NCBI GenBank assembly: GCA_964658305.1
Contig: OZ210885.1
Span: 13,826,001-13,890,000 of the forward strand
Direction of reading: 5' to 3'
From: Leptogorgia sarmentosa
Taxonomy: Eukaryota
Length of the DNA stretch: 64,000 bases
Shown here: piece after piece, positions 12,430 to 24,700 of the stretch
Position numbering within the stretch: the stretch's first letter is position 1
Layout: each line of letters starts with the position of its first letter
Made by a program: the position numbers and the translations under genes
The notes under the pieces: generated by a model
What the model was told of the DNA's origin: nothing
Seen by the model: only the letters and a program-made list of their open reading frames with translations
The model's database searches: none

Positions 12430-12735
12430 CGTTACTTTACGTTGCGTTACTTCGCGTTGCGATACGTTACTTTACTTTACGTTACGATTCGTTACGTTAC
12501 TTCACGTTACGTTACTTTACGTTACGTTACGTTACTTTACGTTACGATACGTTACGTTACGTTACTTTACGTTACGATACGTTACGTTACTTTACGTTAC
12601 GATACGTTACTTTACTTTACGTTACGATACGTTACTTTAATTTACGTTGCGATACGTTACGTTACTTTACGTTACGATACGTTACGTTACTTTACGTTAC
12701 GATACGTTACGTTACTTTACGTTACGATACGATGC
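12430..12735. repeat. Degenerate pentanucleotide microsatellite (GTTAC/GATAC/TTTAC)n
   Basis: About 60 units seen directly. Confidence 0.95.
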
Positions 12736-12738
12736 GCT

Positions 12739-12919
12739 TTAACCCCTTTACTTTTTGGTCGATTTTGGGCACTTTTCCAACTTTTTTAAAATCACTCAAA
12801 AATCATTTAAAAACACTTCAAATGCGTTTAAAAACACTTTCAAGTGGTTTGCATTGATCTTTGAGGTGTTTTTCAAAAGTTGAAAAAGTGCCCAAAATCG
12901 ACCAAAAAGCTAAGGTTAA
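12739..12919. repeat. Short inverted-repeat element flanked by TTAA
   Basis: TTAACCCC...CTTTTTGGTCGATTTTGGGCACTTTT versus AAAAGTGCCCAAAATCGACCAAAAAG...GGTTAA. Confidence 0.7.
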
Positions 12920-13731
12920 GAGGAAAACGACCTTTACGAATGAACTTGCGTTCTTTATTCGAGTTCTAGCCAGTCGATTGCATTTTTTGGCCAATGGAAA
13001 TGCTGAAAGACTGTTCCGCCATTTCTGGTCACAAGCGTTAAGTCCTCACGAAAATGTTTCATGCTGATAAATTGGATAAGACTCGCTACCAATCCCTCCG
13101 TTGGCCATCATCGATGGCTCAATAGGTGGAGCATGCCTCTAGTAACTCGAAGATGCGAGTTCAAATCTCGAACGAATTTTTCGTTGTTCTTCTGCAGTGT
13201 CCAATGGCAGCGCCAGGCACCAATTTTTTTTTTTTTTGGGGGGGGGCAATTCAGCCAAATCATTGCTCTTTGAGGGGGCGCAAATGGAAATATTCCATTA
13301 CGTGGGCCCTATATAATCAATTTTTAGGACAATACAATATCTTGTTCTTTGTGTTTGGCAGTCCCATCAAACAATTATTATTAAAAAGACCTATATAAAG
13401 ACCTATACTATTTATATATATAAAGTTAAACAAGCGTAATACGTGTTCGTGGAAACTTTCGAGTGTTCGTCCAGAGAAACTTTCATTCGTTTATCGAGTG
13501 CTAAATTTTCTGGGTAGGGAGGGCGGGGGGGGGGGGGGGGGTTGAGGTGGCCCCTTAAAAGCCGCCAATGGGAGTGTCAGATTAATATGAATCTTGTTCT
13601 GGTCAGTAAATTGCGGAGTTAATCCGCTGGGAAAGAAATTTTGCACTGTTTTTTTGCCCTTCCATTCATTTTCTATTCTAAGCCTTCAAAAATGTGTCAT
13701 TTCGAGCACGCTATGACTATGTTGTAACATT

Positions 13732-14232
13732 AGCGTAGCCAGCCCGACAATTTGGTCATGCTGTGCAAATTTCACATAATTATCATTATTATACATTGTA
13801 GATGGTAAAAGCAATCTGATTGGCTAAGAGCATACAGTTAAATCGCGCAATCACGCAACCCACAGGAAATCCAGTTATCGGCTAGCAGATAACTAATTAG
13901 GTACAAAATGAGCCTGTTTTTAGTATGGTTTCATAAATAAAGTTTTTCATGCGTTAATACTTGGTTTATTATTCTTCAAATGTATAATAAAACAATTATT
14001 GAATTCGGTTTTTGTGATATGCAAAATTATCAAGGTCGAGGTAAGCGTTATCAGCCTCGCCTTCGGCTCGGCTGATAACGCTTACCTCGACCTTGATAAT
14101 TCCGCATATCACAAAAACCTCATCCAATAATTGTTAATTATTCATTTCTTTTGAAATCTATTGTTTTTACGGTCAATGAACATAGTAAAATTTGCGTAGC
14201 ATGACCAAATTGTCGGGCTGGCTACGCCACTG
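13732..14232. mobile_element. MITE (GCGTAGCCAGCCCGACAATTTGGTCATGC TIR) with a nested palindromic element at about 13795-14137
   Basis: TIRs at 13733-13762 and 14198-14228; internal long hairpin 13990-14135. Confidence 0.75.
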
Positions 14233-15013
14233 TGTTGTAAACAACTTAAATGAATAATCATGTTAGGTCCCGTTCCACATTTCCATCACGTACAGTAGTA
14301 TTTTTAATTACTCGTGCATTGAAATATCTTGAAAGTTGAAAGGCAAGAGACAGTCTTTATTGCAATTATGATAATTTGGTGTAATTATTTACTTAACACA
14401 TCAACAGCACGCGCGTGCTGGAGAATAGCACTATTGTGTCGCTGAAATTTTCAGATGTAGAGGAAATCACTTGATATAAAATATAATATCTATTCATTCT
14501 ATTACTTCATTGTCAAATAAGAATGAACATCCGCACCTCATGAAAATGTGCTTGAAAATCTCGTGTTTTATAAAAGTCTGCCGCGTGTGCGGCAAGCTTA
14601 GGTTGAACTCGTTTATCATACATAATTATTTAAGTCAATTAGTTAATAATTTTGTCATTTCGAAACAACTTGAGACCCCCTGACATTGCGAGACATTAAA
14701 GGAAAGTTTATTTCGCAGCACAGGTGATTAGTGCAAGCGAAAAGGCAGTCTCTTCATAACCAGGATCACAATACAATATTTACTGTTGGTCGGAACTTGC
14801 ATTTCAGAAAATTTAACGTATGTTGCCATAAGTGCGCTGCTGTCTGGAGTTTTCCATGCCTTTTCTCGTATCCTATCACGATGCCCCTTCCCCTGTTTTA
14901 TGATAATTTAGAAAATCTACTTAGACATGTCAATACTACTCATTTTAAATACTTCGTATTCTTGGCAAAGGCGTTATTGTTACGTTTAAGTTTTCAGAAG
15001 AAGTCGCTTCGAT

Positions 15014-15895
15014 ATGGAATCCATTTATTTCATCAACCTGATGTTCATATTTGTCTTGAACGTATTATTCTTTTTCTCAGGAATATGTCTAAACTCCGTG
15101 GTCATTATTAGTTTCTCGAGATCAGTACAACTGCAAAAGAAATTATGTCATTTCATGATAATGGTGTTGTCATGTTGCGACTTGCTTGCGGTCGCAACTA
15201 ATAATTCATCGATAGGCGTGATTGCGATTTTGTTAATGACTGGAAATTTGGACAAGAATGCTAGATGGCCTCACACCGTTTCAAGGACCGCAAATATTTT
15301 TCTCGGATTTTCCTTGCTCGCTCTTTTGGTGATGAACTTTGATCGATATTTGGCGACATCTTATCCCCTCTTCCATCGGACATCGGTAACGAAGAAAAGA
15401 CTTTTAACTCTTCTTGCAATAATAATGATGATCGAAATCATTTCGGCAGCGATATCTGTCGACGACTCCGTAATTTCACACGAAATGCATACTTTGATTT
15501 TTTTCATTCTTGTTTCGCCTCCAATGTTATTTCTCAACTACAAACTACTTTTAGTCGTCCGGAAAAATCGCAGGGGCAACCGGGCATCGCCTGAGGTGAA
15601 AAAGTCCTTTTCGTTAAAAAATATTTCAAGTTGTTTGCTGGCAGTCGCATGTTTTGTGACGCTGTCCATTCCTGTGTTCGTGTATGTTGGCATAAAGATG
15701 AATTCCGGAGATAAAGTGTTCACTTCAGACAGTCCAGACTTGGCAGCATATTGGGGTATAACTATAGTTTCGATGAATTCTACATTCAACTGTTTAATGT
15801 TCTTCTGGAAGAACAAAGTTTTACGTACTGAGGGTTTCAAAATTTTTAAAAGCATGAAGATTCAACGATGTGTTCAATCGCAGCCTGACCAATAA
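15014..15895 (+). CDS. Intronless rhodopsin-like (class A) orphan GPCR
   Basis: 293-aa ORF with 7 hydrophobic segments, GICLN (TM1), LSCCD (TM2), NFDRY...YP (TM3/ICL2) and a divergent TM7 (NSTFNCLMFFW). Confidence 0.9.
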   Translation: MESIYFINLMFIFVLNVLFFFSGICLNSVVIISFSRSVQLQKKLCHFMIMVLSCCDLLAVATNNSSIGVIAILLMTGNLDKNARWPHTVSRTANIFLGFSLLALLVMNFDRYLATSYPLFHRTSVTKKRLLTLLAIIMMIEIISAAISVDDSVISHEMHTLIFFILVSPPMLFLNYKLLLVVRKNRRGNRASPEVKKSFSLKNISSCLLAVACFVTLSIPVFVYVGIKMNSGDKVFTSDSPDLAAYWGITIVSMNSTFNCLMFFWKNKVLRTEGFKIFKSMKIQRCVQSQPDQ

Positions 15896-16102
15896 ACCAT
15901 CCCACAATTGTTGTTGAGGCTTTTGGCTGTCAAACTTTCGTGACTAACGCTGTTGTGGACTTGTGGTATATAGTAGATAGTAGATACAATTTAACCCAAC
16001 CAAAAGCATTTAAAAATTTTAACATTGGTAGTAGAAATAGTAGTAGAAAAGAGAAACAAAAATTGATTACATTTCTGGAGTGATTCAGCGAAATGAAATG
16101 AT

Positions 16103-16536
16103 GGCGCAGCTGCTAATTTTTTTTCTGTAAGCAATCGAAAGCATCCCAAGCCATCCGTGCGTGTAACGGCGCGTACTTCATATGTTGAATTCCTTTATAA
16201 AGCATTTTTTACGAGAAATTTTGTCGAGCTTCGGTGGTGTAGCGAGGTTCTGGTCCAGATCCCTGTTAAACGACACCCGGTTCGATTCTCGAATGTTGGT
16301 CAATGTTTTATTGGTTTTGTTTTGCGTTTTTTTTTCTAACTTTCTTTCAAACATTTTGCTGTTAGGGTCAGAACAGTGTTTGGGTTTGGATTAGAAAAGG
16401 AAAATGAAGAGAAAAGGCTCTATTATTGGTTTAAAGTCGGAATTGTACAACCCGCAATTTTTGCCGCCCGCAAAATAGTCCGCATGGGATGCTTTCGATT
16501 TCTTACGGGAAAAAAATTGCGGCGCGGCTGTGTGCC
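16103..16536 (+). mobile_element. MITE with ~45-bp TIR and a tRNA-like/oligo-T/TTAGGG-like core
   Basis: GTAAGCAATCGAAAGCATCCCA versus TGGGATGCTTTCGATTTCTTAC; A box 16235-16247, B box 16279-16288. Confidence 0.7.
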
Positions 16537-19219
16537 TATAATAAGTGCATGCATCCAAGGAAACATTTGAAAAGTTTATGTTGTTGTCAAGGCATCTCAA
16601 TTGTTAACAAATCGATACTTTGAGGAAACTTGGACTTATATATCTCATTGAAAATTACCTCGTAAACTGATTTACCACTAATTGTGACAATATTCATTCA
16701 ATGCCTTCGAATCACTCCTGAGATATTAGTTTAACTATCTTCTTTTTCTTATAAGTTTTAAGCACGCTTGCTGTATTTAGGAAATCCAGACGCCTGAAAT
16801 CGTCACATTGTATTATTACGTGCCTTGTATAACTCGTTTTAGAATAAATAGAAAACATATAGTGAGTTCATGACATATGATATAAACACATGAAATCAAA
16901 ATATTGTGGTCATAAATAATCTTAAGTCGTAAATCCTTAACACAACGCACTGTGGTTTGACTTTTGAGCACTAATTGTAAGTTACTTGTCTTTAAAAGTG
17001 ACATTTGCCAAAGTATGTATTTAGTGAAATGTTATATTAATTGGACAACAATACAAACACTTCAATATGAGAAGACTCAAAAAAGCCTCACATCGTTTGC
17101 GTTCGTTCAACTTTTTTGGCTAGATATTCTATTTGTTTTTAATTGAACACCGTAGTCTTTGCAAACAATAACCCTTCCTTGAAAAAAAACTATTTAATAA
17201 CTATGGAAAACTATTTAATAACAAATGTTAAAGAACGTTATGAAAGATCAATAGTATTTCATATTCGTATACCCGTGCGGATTACTTGTCAGATGTTTTT
17301 GTAGGAGAATGAATTTTTCATGAAGGAGAAAATCGTTAGCTATATTCAAAGAGCAATAACCTGCCTTCCTTGGTTCATCAGTGGCGTTTCCAAGGGGGGA
17401 GAGAACAAGGGGGAGCTTAGCCTCTCCCCTCCCAATGATCCGAAAAATCATTTTTATGAAAAGCTGAAATTCGGGTAAAAATTAGCGAGGGGATGATGTA
17501 TAAAAATCAGGTATTTCCTAATCCTGCACTAAATGGTCTTTAGAATTATGCAAAATCGCACCCCAGAAAATAACCTGATGAGGAACTTTAGGACTTTCTC
17601 CGGAGGAGCATGCCCCGTTTCACGGGCTAAGAGAATACCATCCCAAGACCCTCGAATGTTCCTTTGGCGACAGGCCACGTAACCAGTAATAATTTTATGT
17701 TATTCTATATATTAACTGTACGTTACTCCGTGGATTTATCACGGATATATTGGTTGAAGCAGGTGCGCAAGAAAATTAACATTCAAAAGGACTGAGGAGA
17801 GTTTTTTTTCACGCGGTTTGTTATTGAGAAAAAGTTGGCACGAAATACACGGTTTTTTGCAGAAAAACATCAATGTTTTGGATTCACAGGTTTCCTGTTC
17901 AGATCCAACTGTTTTGCGTTCGTCCGCCGCCAAAATTGAGGATTTTTACTTTTATATTTAAAAAAAATGGCTATGTTTCGATGTGTCAGAAAAAACTTTT
18001 CTCTTCAACAAACAAAAATATATATTTTGAAACGTCTAGAAAGTCCTAAATCTGTTTTGTAACGAGCGCCAGGTATTCTTTTTTAGCTGAAACTTTTCAT
18101 TGTCGCTTTAACTCATTTTCAAGCAAATTTGGATACTTCGAATAAACTGTTTTTGTCAATTTTTAAATACTTTTTTTTTGTTCCTCAAGCGTTCAATCTT
18201 AACGAAACTTCACATACAGATGTATTTTACATGGGGTGAAATAATTCCTGAGGTTTCACATCTTTGTTTGATCTCAAACTTCTAAAAACTCAGAAAAAAT
18301 CGCGCGGACTTTTCATATTTGTCATCTTTGCTTCATATTTTTTGCCGTAAACCCACAACATTTACAGATTTGTATTACATATCATTAAAATTAAATTGTT
18401 ATTGTCGATGTTTATATGAATTTTAGGAAACTGTTTTGAGTTGTTAATAAGATCTTTATGGATATAAAAATGTTGTTATTTTAAAAAATATTCACGAAGG
18501 ATATTCTACCTGCAAAATGAGGAACTTGGCTTCAATCCCCCCCCCCCCCTGGGTTAGCGTTCACTGGGTAAAGCTGGGGTACGACGTTCATGGAAATGTT
18601 CCCTGCAGGGCCGGATTAACACTAGGGGCGGATGGGACTTCAGCTCCAGGCCCCAATGAAAAATAGGCCCCTAATTGCCGGTAATAATAAAGAAATTTGC
18701 TGCAGCAAAATCAAGGAAATCTACAGCAGTGTTCGTTTTGGTGTTATTTATCAAACCTGAATAAAAACAAGACGCCTATCAGGCGTTCACTCGGGCTACA
18801 TGAAGTTTATAAATGACGAACCCACTGGCAGTGCGCGTGGCATGCACCATGAACCCACGCGTGAAACGATTTAACGAAGGTTTTCATTGGTTCAAGGACT
18901 TCGTGTCGCCCACGCGTGTTTTTTGCAAACTCGCGACCCTGAAAAAGGAAAATCGAAGCCCATTTTTAAACTCGGTCTACCTACGGTAGCCCGAGTAAAA
19001 AGCAAAACAAAACACTGGTTTCCGTTTTGATAATTATTTTTTGATTGAATCCCATCCCCACAAAAACGACTGAGAAATGGTTTTACCTAATAATATATAG
19101 GCCCGTGAAGTTACCAGCTCCAGGCCCAAAATTTCCCTGACTGGATATCGTTGGACTGCGGGCGACATGGTTCACCCCCCATGGATTTCAAGATTTTGCT
19201 TTATTTATATTATACGATT

Positions 19220-20700
19220 AGTATAGGTAAAGTATGCGTTCGAGTGCAATTTGGAATTAACATGCACGAGTGAGTTTTCCAACGACAAAATACGTAGCAC
19301 GAGTCCAAAGGACGAGCGCTCCTTGAGGTCTTTGGAAAACTCACGAGGGTATATTATCAATATTGCACGAGAAACCATACTGATACTTGTTAGTATTATT
19401 CAGATTATTATTTACTCAATTTTGATTGGTTAATTTACCTGCGAGTGACTGTCTGCAAATATCACTTCAACTGCACATAATAGATGAAAACGAGCATGCG
19501 CATTCAGTTCAAAACTCACTCAGCTCCAAATAATGGTTTGTTCATGCGCAGTTGACTTCATTTTCTTGCGTCCGATTACTGGATTAGGCAAACATGGTTC
19601 GTTTTGAGAATATTTTACGAATGAGTTCTCCTCTCTTCCACACGGAAAAGACGCCGAAAACACCAAGAAAGCAACCAAATCTGCTTTAATTTTTTTCAAG
19701 AGTATTTATAAATTGCGTGAGAAAGTGGGACACATTCTAACTATTATAGTAACTAACCTTTCTATAGTCATAAAGATTTAAGATAAGTATTTTAACGTAG
19801 TCTTAATTGTTAAAGTGTAACCTTTTTTAATTGTTGTAACATAGCTAGATCTGTTAGAAATGTAACTTGAGTTTTTCAGTTTGCCTGTGTAGACTGCCAT
19901 TCAAGATTTTTTAATAAATTATAATAATTATAATTCAGAGGAACGAAATTTGGAGGTAAACGACTTATTGGCGTCCAAAAGTAAACTTTGCCGTGGCCGG
20001 GAAATTTTACGCCGAAGCGAGTGACAAAAGATCGTAAATAATAAACTGAATAATAAAACAATTATTGAACTCGGCTGTCGCAAAATATCGCGATTTATTA
20101 TTCACTTTATAGTATTCTCAGTTTTGATTGGTCAATTTACCTGCAAATAACTGCGTGCAAATAATAGTCTGAGCATGCGCATTTGTTAAAAAGGTTGCTC
20201 ACCTGCAAATAATAGTCTGAGCATGCGCATTGCGTCACTTTTTTGTAAACAATGGCGGCTCAGAAGACGAGCTGTCTTGTTTACTAGAGGAAAAAAATTC
20301 AGAAAAAAAGCCACCAAAACGGCCGTTAGTGTCTTCCGGCAATATTTAAAAGAAAGAAAAGTTTAAAAGAAAAAGGTTTTTTTTGTAAATCAGTATTATT
20401 TTTTTATGAAATAAAATTTGTATGTAAAGCTTGTTGTATACGTCTACCTTGTAAGTATGCTTTGTAAGTGAATAATAAAACAATTATTGGACGAGATCTC
20501 GCAAAATATCGCGATTTTTTCGGTGGCTCGCAGATCAATTATTTGCCTCTGCCTTCGGCATCGGCAGATAATTGATCTGCTCGCCACCGACAAATCGCGA
20601 TATTTTGCTCGACCTCGTCCAATAATTGATAATTATCAGTGGCATCTGCTCGCCACTGATAAATCACGATGTTTTGCTCAGCCTCGTCCAATAATTGTAC
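19220..20700 (+). mobile_element. Cluster of Crypton-like non-autonomous elements with palindromic ends and decayed N-terminal coding remnants
   Basis: Remnants MVRFENI/..KDAENTKKATKSALIFFQEYL (from 19593) and EDELSCLLEEKNSE/KATKTAVSVFRQYLKER (from 20252) resemble N-termini of Crypton/DUF3504-type proteins; hairpins at 19240-19370 and 20480-20630. Confidence 0.55.
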
Positions 20701-21632
20701 AACAGTTTGCATAAAAGTATTCGAGAGAATTGTAGTGTTACCTTACGTCACCGGCAGAGTTTTCTTGCTCAATTTATTTATTTTGCTTATTTAAATTATA
20801 TTTTTCATGTACAAAAATACGTGCGATGAACTTTATACACCATTGAATGAGAACCAATTCATTCATAGTTTTAATTACAGAAGTAAAAATTGGAAAAAAT
20901 CTCTTGTTTCATTCTGGCGATGCATTCCTCTTGGTTAAAGAGAAAATGATCTTTTCATTAAAGAATGAGCCTCAGGGTAATGCATTGCGCGCTTGGTCAA
21001 TGCTTGATCGGCCATTTTAGGGTGGACGGAAAATGGCGACGTAGCTATCTTTAGAGTGTGCAGTTTCATTCTGCGGACATCTCATCACTTTTGATTGAAT
21101 ATTCATCATTTTTTTAATTACTACTGTCACTATTCTCTATTTTTCCGTGATATTTCGTATTTATTTAACAAGTCCGTAAATAATAGTATCATACTGCTAG
21201 CCATGTCTGTGAGCGGCGCATCGGCCTCAAAGCGTGGAAGACATAAAGATGATATCGGATGGTTGATCGTCCTCGATATCGTATTGCGAGACATTTAAAT
21301 CTTCATCGGTCTCCGAATCAGACATTTCATTTAAAAAAATATCAAAAGGTTTGTGAACGGATAGCAAAATGCCGAGTTGTCATATGTAATACGAGAGCAA
21401 CGCTGCAACAGACGCAACAGACGCAATATTATGCAAATCGCAATTGCTACTGTGACGTCACATTCCTGGTTGTAAACAATAACGATAAGCGCGCAATGCA
21501 TTACCCTGAGACTCATTCTTTAACTACAGCAATCTTCTTCATCGCGAACATTTTTTCGAAGGTTGAAAGCGAGTGTTTGTTCACACGGTCCTACTTCCAA
21601 TGCATTGCGACAGCAGTCTCCTCCAGTTATTC

Positions 21633-21750
21633 CTACGATCCTGACTTTTCTGTTTCAGTGGATGCAGATGCCCGTTTCTTTGCCTTACGTACACGCTCAC
21701 GCCAGTCTCCTTTGATTGTCTCAAAATTTGGATTGTCTGCAGCTAACCCA
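21633..21750 (-). CDS. FNBP4: FNBP4 last coding exon
   Basis: (S)GLAADNPNFETIKGDWRERVRKAKKR...*; acceptor atgtag|. Confidence 0.9.
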
Positions 21751-24700
21751 CTACATAGAAAGAATTTGTATACATTTAAGAGGATATTTTTCTCTATGTC
21801 GCGTATTTTCGATGCAATATGTTCAAAACCCGAAATCTTTTTGGCGTTCCTCTCAAAATCAAATTTTTCTATGATTATCATCTTGACCAAACAGTTTACT
21901 ATCTTCCCAACTGTGTTTGGGTTTTGAGAAAGTAAAAGGAATATAGAAATTAGGAGCTTTAATGTTCATAAAACCAGCACAACCTGATTGAAGCCTCGGT
22001 TTCATTTTAAACAGAATTTTCTCTTTGGGGTACCCTCCAAAATCTTTTTATTTTCGGTTTATATCATTAATTATGAATCTATCAAACTTTTTAAGTCAGT
22101 CTGCCGACTGAGAAACCTCAAAATTTGACTGATTTATATTTCGACGAATTTGAGTTTTGAGCGCGAGATACGTGACATGCTCGTCTTAATATAGACCGAG
22201 TCCTATTTCCCTGATTTCTGGGACTGGTTCCAAAAAGTAACGTTTAACATCAAGGAATTCAGGCAACAATGTCGATGACAAACCATTTAGGCCCGTGTCA
22301 GACCTCAACCTTTTAATTTGCTGAACTAAAACTGATTTAGTTGGGTACATAATCAGTTCGACGTATGAAACGAATTAAGTCCAGCATAAATGTGGGTTGC
22401 CTTGGTCGAGAAATCGACTGAAGCGCGACAAAGCGAGGTGTGGTTTCAAATGTTGAAGGCCGAACTAAATGTGTATTGTTATGGAAACGGCCAAAAACTC
22501 GCGGCAAAATACTCCCTTCTTTCACCTGAGGTGCATAAACACAGATAAAAAACAACATTTCTATTCATCTCGCAAATTATTGAACTTGAATTTGATTAAA
22601 TAAATGTGACGTTCTGTGTATACTTGGCCTCTATTTACAGTTTCTTGTGGTGTATGGCTAAAAGATTTGTTTGATAATATCATTGTTGTCAATTTCCTGG
22701 ACGCTGATTGGCTGGAAAGCTTCAACAACTGTGCAAATTAAACCTTAATTTGCACAGTGTGCAAATTAAACTTAATTGCACGGGTTCGAGCCCGCGATAC
22801 ATTATAAAAACAAATAAATAAACGCTTAAATCAACGCTAAAATTCTTGTTTTTTTTGTCATTTATTGTCAACTTTGGACAAAAAAGGTTAGTGAACGTGT
22901 ACTACAATGATATTAATACTAAATTACACTTGTTCTCGAAGTATTAATGAAAAATTGCACTTGTGTTTGGCGAAATACCGCGAGTGCGAAGCACGAGAAT
23001 TGTAATACTTCTCGAACCGTGTAATTTCCTATACTAATTTTCACTTGTGCACCGTTAAAACCAAACGCTTTGGAAACAACTGACCATCAACTTAAAACCA
23101 ACAAAATGAAATACCTTGTAATCTGCTCTTGCCGCCATTGTTTTATCTGTGCTTCAGCTTTGGCTGCTTGATCCTCTTCGTCACTCTCCTCTTCGGAAAG
23201 GACCTCTTCTTGCCTTTTGATCGCTTGCCATTTTTGCACCAGCGATGACATCTGCTTCACTTTTGACGTGCGAATTGGCAGAGAAGATGACTTTGACTAC
23301 AAGGAAGAATCAGTATGGCGATTACGTGGGAGATCTGGGCTTTAGATCAGCACCAAGTATTTTGTTCGAGAGGCGCGACCTTAATTTTGCAATATCATTA
23401 ATCATAGACAAACCAATCATTCCTGATCACATGTCATAACTGACCCTTTGTTTATCCAATGGTGAGCAAGGAATTGGCTTGATTTTAGTCACACAATCCC
23501 AAAATATGGCCCTTAAATTGGCTAAGTATATGGCCCTTAAATTGGCTAAGTATATGTTATAAAAATGCTGAAATCACCTCTTTGAAGAGATGATGGTTTC
23601 CAGAAATCGAAATTTGTATACCGTCTGTATAACCATTTTTAAAGCGACAATCTAAGAGTTACGTCACCACTAATGTTATCGCAAGGATTACAATTCAAGT
23701 TCGTGGATAATTTCGCTTTAACGTATTTTACTCTAAAACAAGCCGGTAATCCCTATTTGACCAAATTTTAAAAACTATGTACAAGTGATTATACAAAATA
23801 TCAAAATGAAATAAAACATCATTAACAACCTTTTTCTTTTTTGGCTTTGTGGCTATCTGCATAGGTATCGGCGATGATCTCGAGCTACCACTACCTTGTA
23901 CCTAAATTAATGGAAACGGATATTAGGGATATGAAAGAAAAAAATCATCAAAACCAGTAAATAAATTTACAAGCGACACAAAACCAGCACTGTAACTCAT
24001 AAAATAACATGGCCAATAACACCATGTCCAAAACATATGGGCAAACATTGTCAATGTTTTTATCTCACCCATGTTGGTATCCTATTCATATTATATTTTA
24101 CACCACCCCAGACATGCCTAGATAGTTAAGGCCCATTTACACGAGCGATTTCGCTGCGATTTCTAGTGCGATTTTCTCCTTTTGACGGATGTGAACGATT
24201 AAACAGTCGGGAATGTACAGTTGACGAAGCACACACTCAACACATCCGTTATTAATCCGCTCGTTTACATCCATCAAAAGGAGAAAATCGCAGGAAAAAA
24301 TCGCTCGTGTAAACGAGCCTTTAGCTACCCCACCAAATTCTCTTTCGCCCCCACCCCTGCCATAAACAATGAGCGGTATCAAAATGTTTTTATATCTTTA
24401 AAAGTGTCCGGAGGTACACGTCAGCCCTCATCGGCTACCTTTAAAGTGCGGCCCACATACCAAACGAAATTGTGTCCAACGTTATGTTGGTTACATCGCA
24501 AATACCTCTTAAAATGTCAATATAACTTCAATATAATGAAGCTATTCAAATATAATGATCTCTACGGATGTTGATGCGTAACGAATTACAATACAGGGTG
24601 TATCAAAAAAAAGTTTACCGATGAAAATCATTCTCTAAACTAACGAGCGCTCAGAATTTCCAAAAACTTTCGGTTAGCCTGGGTAGTTTAACACCCTCTG

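Noticed and set aside
12175..12789. 204-aa ORF rich in VTLRY
   Set aside because: Mostly a translation of the (GTTAC)n microsatellite
15538..15855. Antisense ORFs over real exons (also 43777-44106, 26868-27179, 37518-37880)
   Set aside because: Shadow frames of genuine coding exons
21259..21927. 222-aa plus-strand ORF
   Set aside because: Antisense to the FNBP4 last exon and 3'UTR and runs into a MITE; no protein-like motif
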